This document shows positions 18,680-30,919 of a DNA stretch of 64,000 nucleotides, in pieces. The notes beneath the pieces were generated by a model. That model searched no databases. It was not told where the DNA came from and worked only from the letters and a program-made list of their open reading frames with translations. A program made the translations under genes and the position numbers. The stretch is taken from NCBI GenBank assembly GCA_963848295.1, contig CAWKDB010000010.1:704001-768000 (forward strand), written 5' to 3'. Origin of the DNA: an uncultured delta proteobacterium. GTDB lineage: Bacteria; Myxococcota_A; Polyangia; Haliangiales; Haliangiaceae. Numbering within the stretch: position 1 is the first letter of the stretch; every line of letters starts with the position of its first letter.

Positions 18680-21600
18680 CGGGAGACGTCCGGGATCGTC
18701 TTCGAATTGCTCCCTCACATCCGGCGGCCGCCGGGTCGCGGGGGACTTCGCCTGCGCGAGCGGCGGTCTCGGCGCGTGCCAGCCGTTCCCGTCGATGTCG
18801 ACCCAGATCGGGTTCGTCATCGCGAACGGCCTCGCGTAGTGCAGGTGTTGCGGGACCAGCGCCGACGTGATCGGCAGCGACGACAGGTTGATGCCGACCG
18901 ACAGCGCGCCGATGATCGCCGAGACATCGAGCGGCGGAAACTCGGTCGCGGAGTTGACCGGGAACATGTTCGAGTCGCCGTTGACCTCCGCGACGATCCA
19001 GCAATCGACCGAGCACTGCACCGGCACGTGAGCCTCGTAGGTCCCCTGCCCGGCCGGAATCGGCTGGTCGTAGACCACCGCGCCGCCGTTCGAGTAGACG
19101 GTGAGCTCGTTGACCGCGGCCCAGCTCGGCGCCTTGACCACGATGTCGACATCGATCGTCGGATCGCTGTCGACCACGGTGTCGCCGATCATCGCGCCCT
19201 TGATCGTCATCTCGACCAGCGGTGCGGTCGTCGCGACCGCGCGATGCGCCTTGATCGCGGCGATCACGTCGGCGCGCGTGAACGCACCGGGCGCGTCCTT
19301 GCCCTGTCCGACGTAGATCATCGTGCGCGCATAGCCCGGCTCGTCGCCGAGCGTCTGGTGGCTGTCGGACGCGCCGAGGCCGGTCGGCGACAGGCCGTGG
19401 TCGAGCATCGTGAACCAGGTCTCGACGACCCCGGGGAACGTCGGGTGGCCGTCGGCGCCGAGCACGACCTGGCCGGGCACCGGCTGCGGATCGGGGAACG
19501 GCCCCGCGGGCAGCGGGTTCGGCGCCTTGAACGTGTGGATATCTTCGAGCCGACGGCCGGTGACGAGCTCGAGCGCATCGAAGTCGGTGGCTGTACGCCG
19601 GCGCCTGGAACTCCATGCCGTACGGTGCGAACACGCCGAGGATGCCGCTCGGCGCGTACGGCAGCGCGGTGTCTTGGTCGATGAAGAACTGCGAGAAGTA
19701 GCCGAGCACGGGCTGGCGCGGATGCGCGACGTCGACGATCGCGCTGGCCGGATCGGTCGCGAGCCCGCGCAGGGTCGCGAACAGATCGCCCGGCGTCTGA
19801 TGGAACCACTGGAACTCTCCGCCGCGAGTCGAGCCCGGATCGACGGTGAGCGGAAAGCCGATGAAGTGGCCCATCTCGAACGTCGTCAGCTCCATGCCGG
19901 GAATGCCGAGCAGCCAGTTCGACAGGCCGGTCGCGCCGATCACCGGCGCGTAGTCGGTGATGAAGTTGTGATCGGTCGCGGTCGCGACATCGAGGCCCTC
20001 CGCGGCGCAGCTCGCGACCCGCAGCGGGATCGGCAAGCCGCTGTCGGTCGACGGTTGCGCGTGGATGTGAAAGTCGGCGGCGATCCAGCCGTCGCTCGAG
20101 AACGATCGCTGGAGCTGGACGAGCTCGGCGGCGTACGAGCCGGCGCCGATCGAGATCGTCTTGGTGTACAGCTCGTACTCCGGGCCGCGCGAGACGACGA
20201 GGTCGTACGTACCGGGCCGCACCGTCGCGTTGAGGTTGCCGTCGACCGTCCACCACGCGTTCTCGACGTAGCGGTCGGTGCCGTCGTACGCGGTCGGCCG
20301 CACGCGCTCGCCGAGCGTGAGCGAGTACAGGATGTCGCGGCCGTCGATGCCCTTGATCTGCGAGTTGTGGCCGATCAGCTGGATCTTGACCGGCGCGTGG
20401 CGGCCGAGCTCGTCGACGACCGAGACCGCGAGCGACGCCGGCGGCGCGATCGTGACGAACACGCCCGTCGCCTGCCCGGCGGTGATCGTGAACGGCTGCG
20501 CATCGGTCGTGACCCGATCGTCGGCGAGCACGCGATACGAGTAGCTGCCCGGCGCGAGGTGGCCGAAGAACGCGCCGCCGTCGTCGGTCGTCATCTGATC
20601 GAGCGGGTTCCCGTCGCTGTCGAGCACGATCACGTTAGCGTTCGCGACCGGCGCGGAGGTCTGCGAGTCGACGAGGTAGCCGCCGAACGTGCCGGTCGGC
20701 TGGTTGCGGATCTCGTAGATCGTGTCGAGCACCGACGCGACGTCGCCCTTGCCGATCACGAAGTACGACTCGTACGTGCGCTGCTCGCCCGCTTGCAGCT
20801 GCGCCGGCGGGTTGTACATGTACGCGCCGGTCACGCCGGCGTACGTGAACGGCAGCAGCATCGAGTACGGCGTGATCTTCTGGTTGCCGTAGCCGGTGTT
20901 GAACGTGTTGACGTAGTTGTCCGCGGTCGCCGGGATGGTCAGGCCGTACGACACGCCCGGGCCGCGGCTCGCGAGAAAATCCGCGACCATGCCGGGGAAC
21001 GCGGGGAACCCCGACGCCTGCTTGTAGCTGTCCTGGATCGCGAATCGCACGTTGAACCCGGCGATGCCGGGTACGAACAAGCTCTGCTCGCCTCCGAGCA
21101 GCGGGAACTGGCCGAGCGGCGCGGATAGCTGGAGCGACGAGATGCCCGGGATGTTCATCCCGAGCAAGCTGTCGAGCTGCGACGGCATCAAGTACGGGAA
21201 CGGGTGTGCGCCACTGTCCGGGTTCTTGATCGTCGTCTCGATCGTGACGTACTTCTTGCCCGGCTCGAGCCGGTAGACCTGGGTCATCTCGAGCGGCGGG
21301 TTCGTGCTCGGGAACACGAGCCCGGTGTTGAGCAGCGAGACCATCTCGAACAGATCGCCGCCGATACCGGTGACCGTGACCTCCGCGGGGCCGCCGTCGC
21401 TACCGTCGGCGGTGACCGAGACGTCGGTCGGATCGATCACGGTGAACACGAACCCGGGCAACAGCTCGGCGAGCTGGTCGTTGCCGTGGGTGTCGCCGGC
21501 CGGGCGCTGCAAGTCGGCGTCGATCAGCGTGCCGCCGAACGTCGTGTTGACCCGGCCGGCGGCGACCTCGGTGCCGTCTTTCAACCGGAACGACTTGTCC

Positions 21601-21782
21601 GCGATGATCAGGCGAATCTGATCGTTCTCGAGGATGAAGTCGCCGACCTCGCCGACCGCGTGCGGCCCGCCGATGACCTCCTCGAGCTTGCCGATCCGCT
21701 GGGCGCGCGACTGCGGCGCCTGCGTACCGCACGTCGCGAGCGCGATCACGATCGCGGCGCCGCATCCGGCTCGCAAGATCAA
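18676..21782 (-). CDS. CehA/McbA-like PHP-fold metallohydrolase with carboxypeptidase-regulatory-like domains (apparent frameshifts near 19590 and 18700)
   Basis: WIAADFHIHAQPSTDS, ATDHNFITD, AHPR and GASDSH motifs split across two ORFs; TTG start overlaps the porin stop. Confidence 0.8.
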
Positions 21783-23035
21783 AGCGAGACCTCCGCGGCG
21801 AGCTGCGCGCGATCGTTCGCGAGCTCGCGCCCCGGTTGCTCGTCGACGTGGGTCAGCTCGAGCTGCAATCGCATGCGCAATCGTGGCACGCCGAGCACCG
21901 CGCCGATCGTGTGCTCGATCACGCGGTCGGTCGTGATCAGGCTCGACGGATCGAGGATGCCGAACCGATAACCGACCGCGACCGGCAACGCGGCGGGAAT
22001 TCGAACCATCGCCTGGGCGTGCGCGCCGTACGCGTCTTGCGCGGGCCCGCCGGTCGTGTCGAACGTCGTGTGCTCGGCGACGAGCCCGCCGCCGAGCGAC
22101 ACCGGCCCCAGGCCGAGCTGCGCTCCGAACGCGCCCTGGTAGTCGGTCTCGTCCTGGCGAAACGGCAGCGCACCGATCGTGCGCGGGTTGTAGCGCCCCG
22201 ACGCGACGAGCCACGAGTCGTGCGGCAGGCGGAGCAGCGCGGTCGCCGACAGTGCGAGCGAGTTGTTGTCGTTGTTCGACGAGAACTCGTCCGCGCCATT
22301 CTGCGCCGCGACCTCGAACCCGAACCGCGCGCCCGAGGTCGGCACTTCGGGGTCGAGCCGGATCGCCGCGCCGATCGATCGGCCCGGCGGCAACCCCGGC
22401 GTCTGGTAGCCCTGGGTCGGCAGCACGCCGCGGCTCTCGATCGGCCGGTCGACGAACGCGCGCGACGTATCCGGAATCTGCGCCTCGGGATCGACGAGCG
22501 CCTGGAAGTAGCCGCCGCGGCCGGTGACGTCGCCCGCGATCCGGGCGTCGACGTACGCGTCGCGCAGGCCGACCGCGATGTTGCCCTGCGGCGAGTTGAT
22601 CTGCGTGCGCTGATCGACCGCGCCATCGAACGACACGACGAACGCCGCGATGTTCCCGAGCTTGCCGCGGGCGCCGACGCGCGCGTTCTGCAGCTCGAAG
22701 CCGTCGTCGCGGCCGATGTACTCGACGTTCGGATCGGCCTGGATCGCGATGTACTGCAGCCGGATGAAGCCGAACGGCTGCCACGAGAATCCGGTCGCCG
22801 GCGCGACCGGCTCGGGCGGCGGGCGGTTCGCCTCGCTGTTGGCCGGGACGCGTTCGGCCGGCGGAACGGCCGGGGCCGGCGCGGCGTCGCCCGGCTTCGA
22901 CTCGTCGCTCGGAGGCTGCGTCTCGCCTACCGGCGCGGGCGCGACGGGCCCCGCCGGTTGCGCGGCGACCATGCGCGGAACGAGCAGCGCGGCGCCGAGC
23001 ACGGCGCCCTTGAACAGATGGCGTTGTGCGATCAC
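21779..23035 (-). CDS. Outer membrane porin (OprO/OprP-like)
   Basis: Signal peptide, Pro-rich linker, GFELQNARVGARG, LRDAYVD, amphipathic beta strands. Confidence 0.75.
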   Translation of the reverse strand: MIAQRHLFKGAVLGAALLVPRMVAAQPAGPVAPAPVGETQPPSDESKPGDAAPAPAVPPAERVPANSEANRPPPEPVAPATGFSWQPFGFIRLQYIAIQADPNVEYIGRDDGFELQNARVGARGKLGNIAAFVVSFDGAVDQRTQINSPQGNIAVGLRDAYVDARIAGDVTGRGGYFQALVDPEAQIPDTSRAFVDRPIESRGVLPTQGYQTPGLPPGRSIGAAIRLDPEVPTSGARFGFEVAAQNGADEFSSNNDNNSLALSATALLRLPHDSWLVASGRYNPRTIGALPFRQDETDYQGAFGAQLGLGPVSLGGGLVAEHTTFDTTGGPAQDAYGAHAQAMVRIPAALPVAVGYRFGILDPSSLITTDRVIEHTIGAVLGVPRLRMRLQLELTHVDEQPGRELANDRAQLAAEVSL

Positions 23036-23192
23036 GTGGCGTCGAGCGTAAACGCAACGCCGCGTGCGGAGCGTGGCGCTGGCGTGAAATCGCCGCTCTT
23101 TAGAGGTTCATGATTCGCCTCGTGCTCAACGCAGCGGCGGTGTCGTTAGGCCGGAGCGAACCAATCGCGAGCGAGCGGCCGCAGCGGGGTCG

Positions 23193-23324
23193 GGTGTTCA
23201 ACGCGATGCTCTCGGCGGCGCGGCCGATCTCGTCGGCGAGCGACTTGCGGCGCGAGCGCAGCTTCGGCTCGATCGGGGCGAGCTGTTCGAGGACGGTGAG
23301 CGATTGAGCGAGGACATCGAGCAT
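23193..23324 (-). pseudogene. Truncated four-helix-bundle protein (paralog of 23957-24280)
   Basis: MLDVLAQSLTVLEQLAPIEPKLRSRRKSLADEIGRAAESIALN aligns with the first ~44 aa of the intact copy, then similarity stops. Confidence 0.75.
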
Positions 23325-23353
23325 GGCGTGGCCTTTCGTGGATGAGCGGACGC

Positions 23354-23542
23354 CCGACTCGCCGGGGCCGTCTCGCCCCGTCGCGCCGCACTCGCGCCGG
23401 CGCCGTGACGAGCGCGGGCACAGATCTCCGCACGCGTCGGTCGATCCAACTCTGCGGCGGCCGCTCGCAGGCGTCGGTGGTCCCCGGCGCTCGGCGCGGC
23501 GCTGGCGCGAAGCGGCGCAGGGCGACGGCCCCGGCGAATCGG
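23354..23542 (-). ncRNA. Candidate structured RNA/hairpin element, copy A1, upstream of the truncated four-helix-bundle gene
   Basis: 19-bp basal stem CCGAUUCGCCGGGGCCGUC/GACGGCCCCGGCGAGUCGG with a G-U pair on the minus strand; inner blocks shared with copy A2. Confidence 0.55.
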
Positions 23543-23562
23543 AAGCCGCGAGGGCGAAAGCT

Positions 23563-23706
23563 GGCGACGGCGGCGGCATCGGCAACGGCATCGGCAACGG
23601 CATCGGCGACGGCTACGGCGACGGCTACGGCTACGGCTACGGCTACGGCTACGGCTACGGCTACGGCGTCGGCGTCGGCGTCGGCGGCGGCTACGGCGAC
23701 GGCGGC
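23563..23706 (+). repeat. Hexamer array, 24 units of GGCNNC (mostly GGCTAC)
   Basis: Read directly from the sequence. Confidence 0.95.
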
Positions 23707-23738
23707 GGCTTTAGAACCCTCGATGCTCCTTCGCTCGC

Positions 23739-23935
23739 GCCGATGGGCGGAACGTCTCTCTCGCCCTGCGCCGCTTCGCGCTTGTCCCGCGCCGAGCGCC
23801 GAGTGCGCCGGCGCCTGCGATCGATCGCCGCGGAGTTGATCGGCCGGCGAGGGCGGTGGCCAGCGCCCGCGCTCGTCACGGGACCCGCGCGACTGCGGCG
23901 CGACGGGCGAGAGAGAGACGTTCCTACCCATCGGC
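23739..23935 (+). ncRNA. Candidate structured RNA/hairpin element, copy A2, upstream of the intact four-helix-bundle gene
   Basis: Basal stem GCCGAUGGG.GGAACGUCUCUCUCGCCC / GGGCGAGAGAGAGACGUUCC..CCCAUCGGC; inner blocks shared with copy A1. Confidence 0.55.
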
Positions 23936-23956
23936 CACTCACTTCGGAGGATCACC

Positions 23957-24280
23957 ATGTCGTTCTACGCCCTCGACTTCGCCCTCGCCGTCCTGCAGCA
24001 GCTCGCCCCTGTCGAGGCCAAGGTGCGCCGCACGCGCAAGTCACTCGCCGACGAGATCGCCCGCGCCGGCGAGAGCGTCGCGCTCAACCTCAGCGAAGGC
24101 CGCATGCGCGTCGGGCTCGATCGCCCCGACTTTTATCGCCGCGCCGCCGGCAGCGCGAGCGAGCTCACGACCGCCCTCCTGATCGCGCGCGCCCGCGGCG
24201 TCATCACCGCCGAGGACTTCGCGGCGGTCGACGAGCCGCTCGACCACGTCCGCGCGATCCTGTGGCGGCTCACGCACTGA
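23957..24280 (+). CDS. Four-helix-bundle protein (23S rRNA IVP / Avd-like fold)
   Basis: 107 aa; LADEIARAGESVALNLSEG...FYRRAAGSASE matches the family pattern (L.DQ..RA..SV..N.AEG...A.GS..E); GGAGG SD upstream. Confidence 0.88.
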   Translation: MSFYALDFALAVLQQLAPVEAKVRRTRKSLADEIARAGESVALNLSEGRMRVGLDRPDFYRRAAGSASELTTALLIARARGVITAEDFAAVDEPLDHVRAILWRLTH

Positions 24281-24393
24281 GCTTTCGCGCCGGCCAACTG
24301 ATTTCGGCACCCTTCGCGCAAAGCGCACGACGGTGCGAAGCGGCCGGCGACGCCAGGCGTAAGCGGGCTGTCGGCGCCAGAACGTCGCCTCGC

Positions 24394-24529
24394 GGCTACG
24401 GCAAACGGAGACGGACACGAATACGGATCCGGCAAACGGAGACGGCTACGGCAAACGGATACGGATACGGATACGGCGAACGGCTACGGCTACGGCTACG
24501 GCTACGGCTACGGATCCGTCCACGGCCCC
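24394..24529 (+). repeat. Degenerate hexamer/heptamer array (GGCTAC, GGATAC, GGAGAC, GGCAAAC), about 22 units
   Basis: Read directly; same orientation as the 23563-23706 array. Confidence 0.9.
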
Positions 24530-24549
24530 GGCCGCTGCTCAGAGACGCG

Positions 24550-26403
24550 TCAGCGGCGCCGGCGGCGGCGGACCACGAACCCGATCGCAAGGACGATCGG
24601 CCACAGCGAGGCTGGGTGCCCCACGCTGCACGAGTAGTAGCTCTTCTCGCCTCCCGGCCCACTATCCGAGCCGGTGTCCGAGCCGGCGCCGTCACCGGTC
24701 AGCGCCACGCTCGCGGTGCCACCATCGTAGTCGACCATGAACGTCGCGCTCTCGTTGCCGACCTCTTGCGCTTCGAACACGACGAGCCAAGTGGCTGCGC
24801 CGTTCGCGGGGATCTGCGCTTGATCCGGCGTCGCGACGATCGCGAACTCGCTCGCGTTCGGGCCGACGATCCGCGGATTGCTCGTCTGGATCGCGGTGGT
24901 CGAGCAGTTCGACAAGTTGATCTGCTGGCCGATCGTCGTGGTCTGGACCGGCGCGACCCCGAAGTAGACCGAGTCTGGGCTCGGCGTCACGCCCGCATCG
25001 AGCGCTTCGACCGCGAGTGCGATCGTGTCCGGCGCGCCACCCGGAATATCGGTCGTGACCGTCACCTGGGACTGCACCGCGCCCACCGCGGTCGGCGCCG
25101 CGATCACATCGAACGTCACCATGTTCGCGCCGTCGCCCGCGACCGAGGCCGGCAGCGTAGGCGGCATCACCGTGAACGGCGCGTCGGGCGTCGACAGCGC
25201 ACTGATCACGAACGAGCCGTCGGCGTCGCCGATCACGGTGAACGTCTGATCCTTGGTTTGGCCGGCGCACACCGGGCCGAAGTCGACCATCACGTCGGGG
25301 TTCACCGACATCGCGGTCGCGAGCGCCTGACCGGTGACTTGCACCGTGCGCGTCTGGCCGCCGTCATAGGTCGCGATCAGCGAGCCGGTGACCGACTCGG
25401 CCGTGCTCGCCGCGAACGAGACCTGCGCGTTGGCCGCGCCGCCACCGGCGGCGAGCACGGTGCCCGCAGCGGGGGCACTCATCAGCGTCATGTCGGTGCC
25501 AGTGAACGTCACGCTCTCGAGCGTCATCGACGCGGTGCCGGTGTTCGACAGATCGATCGTCTCCATCAGCGGCTCGCCGACGCGGGTCGTCGGGATCGTC
25601 GCGGGGCTCGGCGCGATCGACAGGTTCGAATCGATCCCGTTGCAGCTCAATGGCAGCGTCACGGTCGGGTGCGTCGGATCGTTGGACGTCACCACGAAGC
25701 TGCCGCTCATCCCCCCGGTCGCGGTCGGCGCGCACTCGAGCATGTACGGCTGCGACGAGCCCGGCGCGACGTTGTAGGCGCCGGTCGGGCCCGACGTGAT
25801 CGTGAAGCCGGCGGACGCGGTCACCGAGCTGACGCTCAACGTCGAGCCGCCGAGGTTGGCGACGCTGATCCCGACCGGCGTGCTCACCGTGTTGCGGCGG
25901 ACATCGCCGAACGCGATCGATCCCGGCGACACGCTGATCTCGATCGGCGGTGCCATCCCGGTGCCGGTCACCGAGAGTGTGGTCGACGATGTCGAGCCGG
26001 TGACGTAGATCGTGCACGCGATCGTCCCGACGACGTTCGGCGTGAAGGTCGCGGTGAACGAATACGTGTCGTATTCGTCCGGGATGCACGCGACCGGACA
26101 CACCGTCTGCGGGGGACCGGGACAGCCGACCTCGCAGGTCTCGTCGACCAACGCCGGCAAGCCCGGCGCGTTGACCGTGAACGCGCCACAGCTCGACGAG
26201 ATCGCAGTGATCAAGTCCGAGCTCGCCGCGCCACCGGATGGAGAGATCGTGATCGTCTGAGGCGGTGACGATTGCCCGATCAGCTCGGTTGGAAAGGTCG
26301 GGCTGGTGACCTTGATCAGGTACTCGGCAGTCTCCGACTCCGAGGGCACGCCCTGGCAGGCGCCGAGCACGAGCAACCCGAGACACAAGTTGGACCGCCG
26401 CAC
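24550..26403 (-). CDS. Surface protein with tandem PapD/ASH-like Ig domains (choice-of-anchor-D-like) and MYXO-CTERM-like tail
   Basis: Lipobox LVLGAC; repeated xFGxV...NxGxxxL domains; tail SYYSCSVG..LWPIVLAIGFVVRRRRRR. Confidence 0.85.
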   Translation of the reverse strand: MRRSNLCLGLLVLGACQGVPSESETAEYLIKVTSPTFPTELIGQSSPPQTITISPSGGAASSDLITAISSSCGAFTVNAPGLPALVDETCEVGCPGPPQTVCPVACIPDEYDTYSFTATFTPNVVGTIACTIYVTGSTSSTTLSVTGTGMAPPIEISVSPGSIAFGDVRRNTVSTPVGISVANLGGSTLSVSSVTASAGFTITSGPTGAYNVAPGSSQPYMLECAPTATGGMSGSFVVTSNDPTHPTVTLPLSCNGIDSNLSIAPSPATIPTTRVGEPLMETIDLSNTGTASMTLESVTFTGTDMTLMSAPAAGTVLAAGGGAANAQVSFAASTAESVTGSLIATYDGGQTRTVQVTGQALATAMSVNPDVMVDFGPVCAGQTKDQTFTVIGDADGSFVISALSTPDAPFTVMPPTLPASVAGDGANMVTFDVIAAPTAVGAVQSQVTVTTDIPGGAPDTIALAVEALDAGVTPSPDSVYFGVAPVQTTTIGQQINLSNCSTTAIQTSNPRIVGPNASEFAIVATPDQAQIPANGAATWLVVFEAQEVGNESATFMVDYDGGTASVALTGDGAGSDTGSDSGPGGEKSYYSCSVGHPASLWPIVLAIGFVVRRRRRR

Positions 26404-26520
26404 CGACCAAGGATCCCGCGCGTATCCTCGCGATGTCAACGGAAGAACCGCGGGTAGGTGGGGGTCGTACCCGTGCTTCAGGGTTTGACTCCGAGGGGTT
26501 CGTTCGTAAATGATCCATCA

Positions 26521-28169
<1,649 letters not shown>

Positions 28170-28170
<1 letters not shown>

Positions 28171-29192
28171 TGAAACGCATCGCCTGGGTCTTGGTTGCGC
28201 TCGTCGCGAGCGCAGGGCTCGCGACTGCCCAGCCGGCGCCATCGAGCGAGAAGGTCGACGCGAAGGCGCTGATGGCGTCGGGCCTCAAGCTGCTCACCGC
28301 GAAGGACTATCTCGGCGCGCTCGCGGTCTTCAAAGACGCGTACGCGCGGTTCCCGAGCGCGAGGATCCTGTTGAACATCGGCACGACGCTCCGCCTGCTC
28401 GACCGCAACGCCGATGCCGCGAACGCGTACCAGCGCTTCCTCGACGCGACCGACGCCGACCGCGTGAAGAAGCCAGAAGTCGTGCGGGTGCTCGCCACGC
28501 TCGACGCCACGCTCGGGACGCTCGAGATCACGTCGGATCCCGCCGACGCCGAGATCCAGATCGGCGACGACGAGTGGCGCCCGGTGTTCGACGTCAGGCG
28601 CTGGCGCGTCCCCCCGGGCACGGTCACGGTGCACGGCCGCCACGCTGGCTACGATCTCGGCGAGCGCTCGGTCACGATCGCCGCCGGCGCATCGGCGGCC
28701 GTGCCGATGGTACTCACGGCAACGGCGACGCCGGTCACGCCGACGACCACCGTGGTCTCGACCGGGTCGACCGGGATCCACGCCAGCGCTCGGCCGCTCG
28801 AGCCGCCGCCGATGAAGATCGGCGCGTTCGCGGCAGCGCACATCGACGTGCTCAACAAGGGCGGCGCCGCCGTGGTCGGCGCGCTCTACGACTTCACTCC
28901 GCGCATCGAGATCCAGGCCGCGGGCCTCATCGGCCCGAGCTCCGGCGCGTTCGTGGGCGGGCGGTTCGCGGTGTTGACCGGTGCGTTGAAGCCCCTCGTC
29001 AGCGCCGGGATGCCGGTCGTGTTCTCGAGCGGCCCGCGATTCTCGATCCGCGGAGCCGCCGGCGTCGAGTACGCGATCAATCGCCACCTCTCGATCATCG
29101 CGGAGGTGGGCGTCGAGCACGTGTTCAACCCCGAGGCGAACATCAAATCGACGCTGTTCGTGCCCGCGCTCGGCGCCGCTGGCCGGCTGTAA
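28170..29192 (+). CDS. TPR + PEGA domain exported protein
   Basis: Signal peptide; TPR helices; GTLEITSDPADAEIQI...VPPGTVTV PEGA pattern; beta-rich C-terminus; TGATG coupling to the kinase. Confidence 0.8.
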
Positions 29193-29203
29193 TCGGGACG
29201 GCC

Positions 29204-30349
29204 TCAGAGCCGGTAGTGGAGCTGGAGCAGCGACCAGCCACCCGTCGGCCCGCCCGACGGCTCGGTCGGGTTGTCGTTCGTGCGACCGAGCGCGAACAGC
29301 TCGACGCGATTGTTCAGGATCAGCTCGAGGTGCGACAGCATGAACCAATGCAAGTTGAGATCGACGCAGTCGCGCTCGAGGTTGCGGACGCGGATGTCCT
29401 CGTCGTAGTGGCCGAGCCCGACGTCGAGGAGGATCGACGAGGTGAACCAGTGCGACGCGAGTAGGTAACCGACGAGCGCGGTCGGCGCGCCTCCCGCGTC
29501 GATGACGTGGTCGGCGAGCTGCACCTCGGCCTGGACCAGGATGTCGGGGCTCGCGAAGTAGTACTTGCCGGTCAGGCCGCCGCGGTAGGTCTTCTCGTCC
29601 TTCGAGACGCCGATCAGGCCCTCGGCGCCGATCGCGGCGTGGCTGGTCGGTCGCCACTCGGCGTATACCGCCGCGCCGTTGTCGTGGTTGACCGGATCGA
29701 TGAGCGGATCGTGGACGAACCCGGTGAGGTGCGCCTCGTAGTCTTGTTTGATGTACTCGACCGCCGCGCCATAGGTCTCGCCGTAGAGCGGTGTGCCGCC
29801 GAATTGCCGGGTGTAGTCGACGTGCTCGGCGAGCCGCAGCCCGAACACCGGCATGAACCGGCCGGCGCGGATGAACAAGCCTTCGTTGCTGCCCGCGTCG
29901 GATTGCCACTGCAGGTAGTGCTCCCGCGACCACACGTACGTCGCCGCTTCGTTGCCGTACTCCGGCGGGCGGTAGCCGACCGTGACGTGCAGCTGGAACG
30001 CCTTGTAGGTCGCCGCCGCGTAGACGTCGACCTGCATCGGGAACGCCGCGAGGTAATCCTGCGGCGACTTGAAGTAGCCCCCGGTGGTGCGCACATCGCC
30101 GCCGAGCTCGAGCCAGCTCGGCAACGGGATCTTTCCGTACATGAACTCCGGCGGGTCGCCGAACTGCGACATCGCCTGCGACGCGGCCATGCCGTTCTCG
30201 TTGAGCAGGCCGCCGCCGGCGGGGTTGACGTGACAGCCGCTGCACGTGGCGTCGCGGCTCAGCTGAAATTGCGGATACGCGCGAGCGGGTCTCGCGGCGG
30301 TGGCCAGGCCCGCGACGATCGCGATGGCGACGAGCGCGTGCTTGGTCAC
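29204..30349 (-). CDS. Outer membrane beta-barrel with N-terminal CxxCH heme motif
   Basis: Signal peptide, YPQF...CSGCHVNPAGGGLLN, beta strands ending LLQLHYRL. Confidence 0.75.
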   Translation of the reverse strand: MTKHALVAIAIVAGLATAARPARAYPQFQLSRDATCSGCHVNPAGGGLLNENGMAASQAMSQFGDPPEFMYGKIPLPSWLELGGDVRTTGGYFKSPQDYLAAFPMQVDVYAAATYKAFQLHVTVGYRPPEYGNEAATYVWSREHYLQWQSDAGSNEGLFIRAGRFMPVFGLRLAEHVDYTRQFGGTPLYGETYGAAVEYIKQDYEAHLTGFVHDPLIDPVNHDNGAAVYAEWRPTSHAAIGAEGLIGVSKDEKTYRGGLTGKYYFASPDILVQAEVQLADHVIDAGGAPTALVGYLLASHWFTSSILLDVGLGHYDEDIRVRNLERDCVDLNLHWFMLSHLELILNNRVELFALGRTNDNPTEPSGGPTGGWSLLQLHYRL

Positions 30350-30861
30350 TCGCAGACTCCCGTCGCGCAGGTACCCGGGCACGTCATCTGGAGCTCGCCG
30401 AAGTTGCCATCGGCCGTGCATGCGACGAGGTTGTTGCCGTCACACACGTAGCCGGTGTCCGGGACGCACTGCGCACCGTCGGCGCCCGCGGCGATCCAGT
30501 CTTGGATCAAGTAGATGTCCTCGTTCGGCATCGGCGCGTCGTACGGCATGCGGATCAAGCCGCTCAGCCCCGTGCGACTCGGTAATCCGGTGGTGATCGA
30601 CTGGTAGAGCTGCGAGCCGGTCGGCGCCATCTGATCGCCCGGCAGCACGACCAGGTTGTCGACGATCGAGGCACGTGCTCCGGCCACCGTATCGAGCACG
30701 TAGCCCTGGGCCTGCGCGAACGTCGAGTGGCACTCGGCCTTGCCGCACGTCGGTGCGAGGATCGCCTCGGTGATGTACGCCAGCGTCTGCGGTCGATCGT
30801 CGGCATCTCGAGTACAACCCGCGCTTGCGATCGCGAGCGCGAGCCACGCTAGACTTCGCAT
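30346..30861 (-). CDS. Lipoprotein with atypical CX4CH cytochrome-c-like domain and Cys-rich tail
   Basis: Lipobox ASAGC; ILAPTCGKAECHS; RMP...IQDWIAAGA. Confidence 0.7.
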   Translation of the reverse strand: MRSLAWLALAIASAGCTRDADDRPQTLAYITEAILAPTCGKAECHSTFAQAQGYVLDTVAGARASIVDNLVVLPGDQMAPTGSQLYQSITTGLPSRTGLSGLIRMPYDAPMPNEDIYLIQDWIAAGADGAQCVPDTGYVCDGNNLVACTADGNFGELQMTCPGTCATGVCE

Positions 30862-30919
30862 AGGCAGCGACCATACAGCACAGCCGCGCGGCGACGCGAC
30901 TGCACGGCGGTACGCTGTG

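Noticed and set aside
23193..24529. Diversity-generating retroelement or 23S rRNA intervening sequence
   Set aside because: No reverse transcriptase, no TR/VR pair with adenine-specific differences, and no rRNA in the window.
23323..26268. 981-aa plus-strand ORF with a GYGYGY tract
   Set aside because: Mostly antisense to the real Ig-domain gene and out of frame with the four-helix-bundle gene; the Gly-Tyr tract is just the hexamer array.
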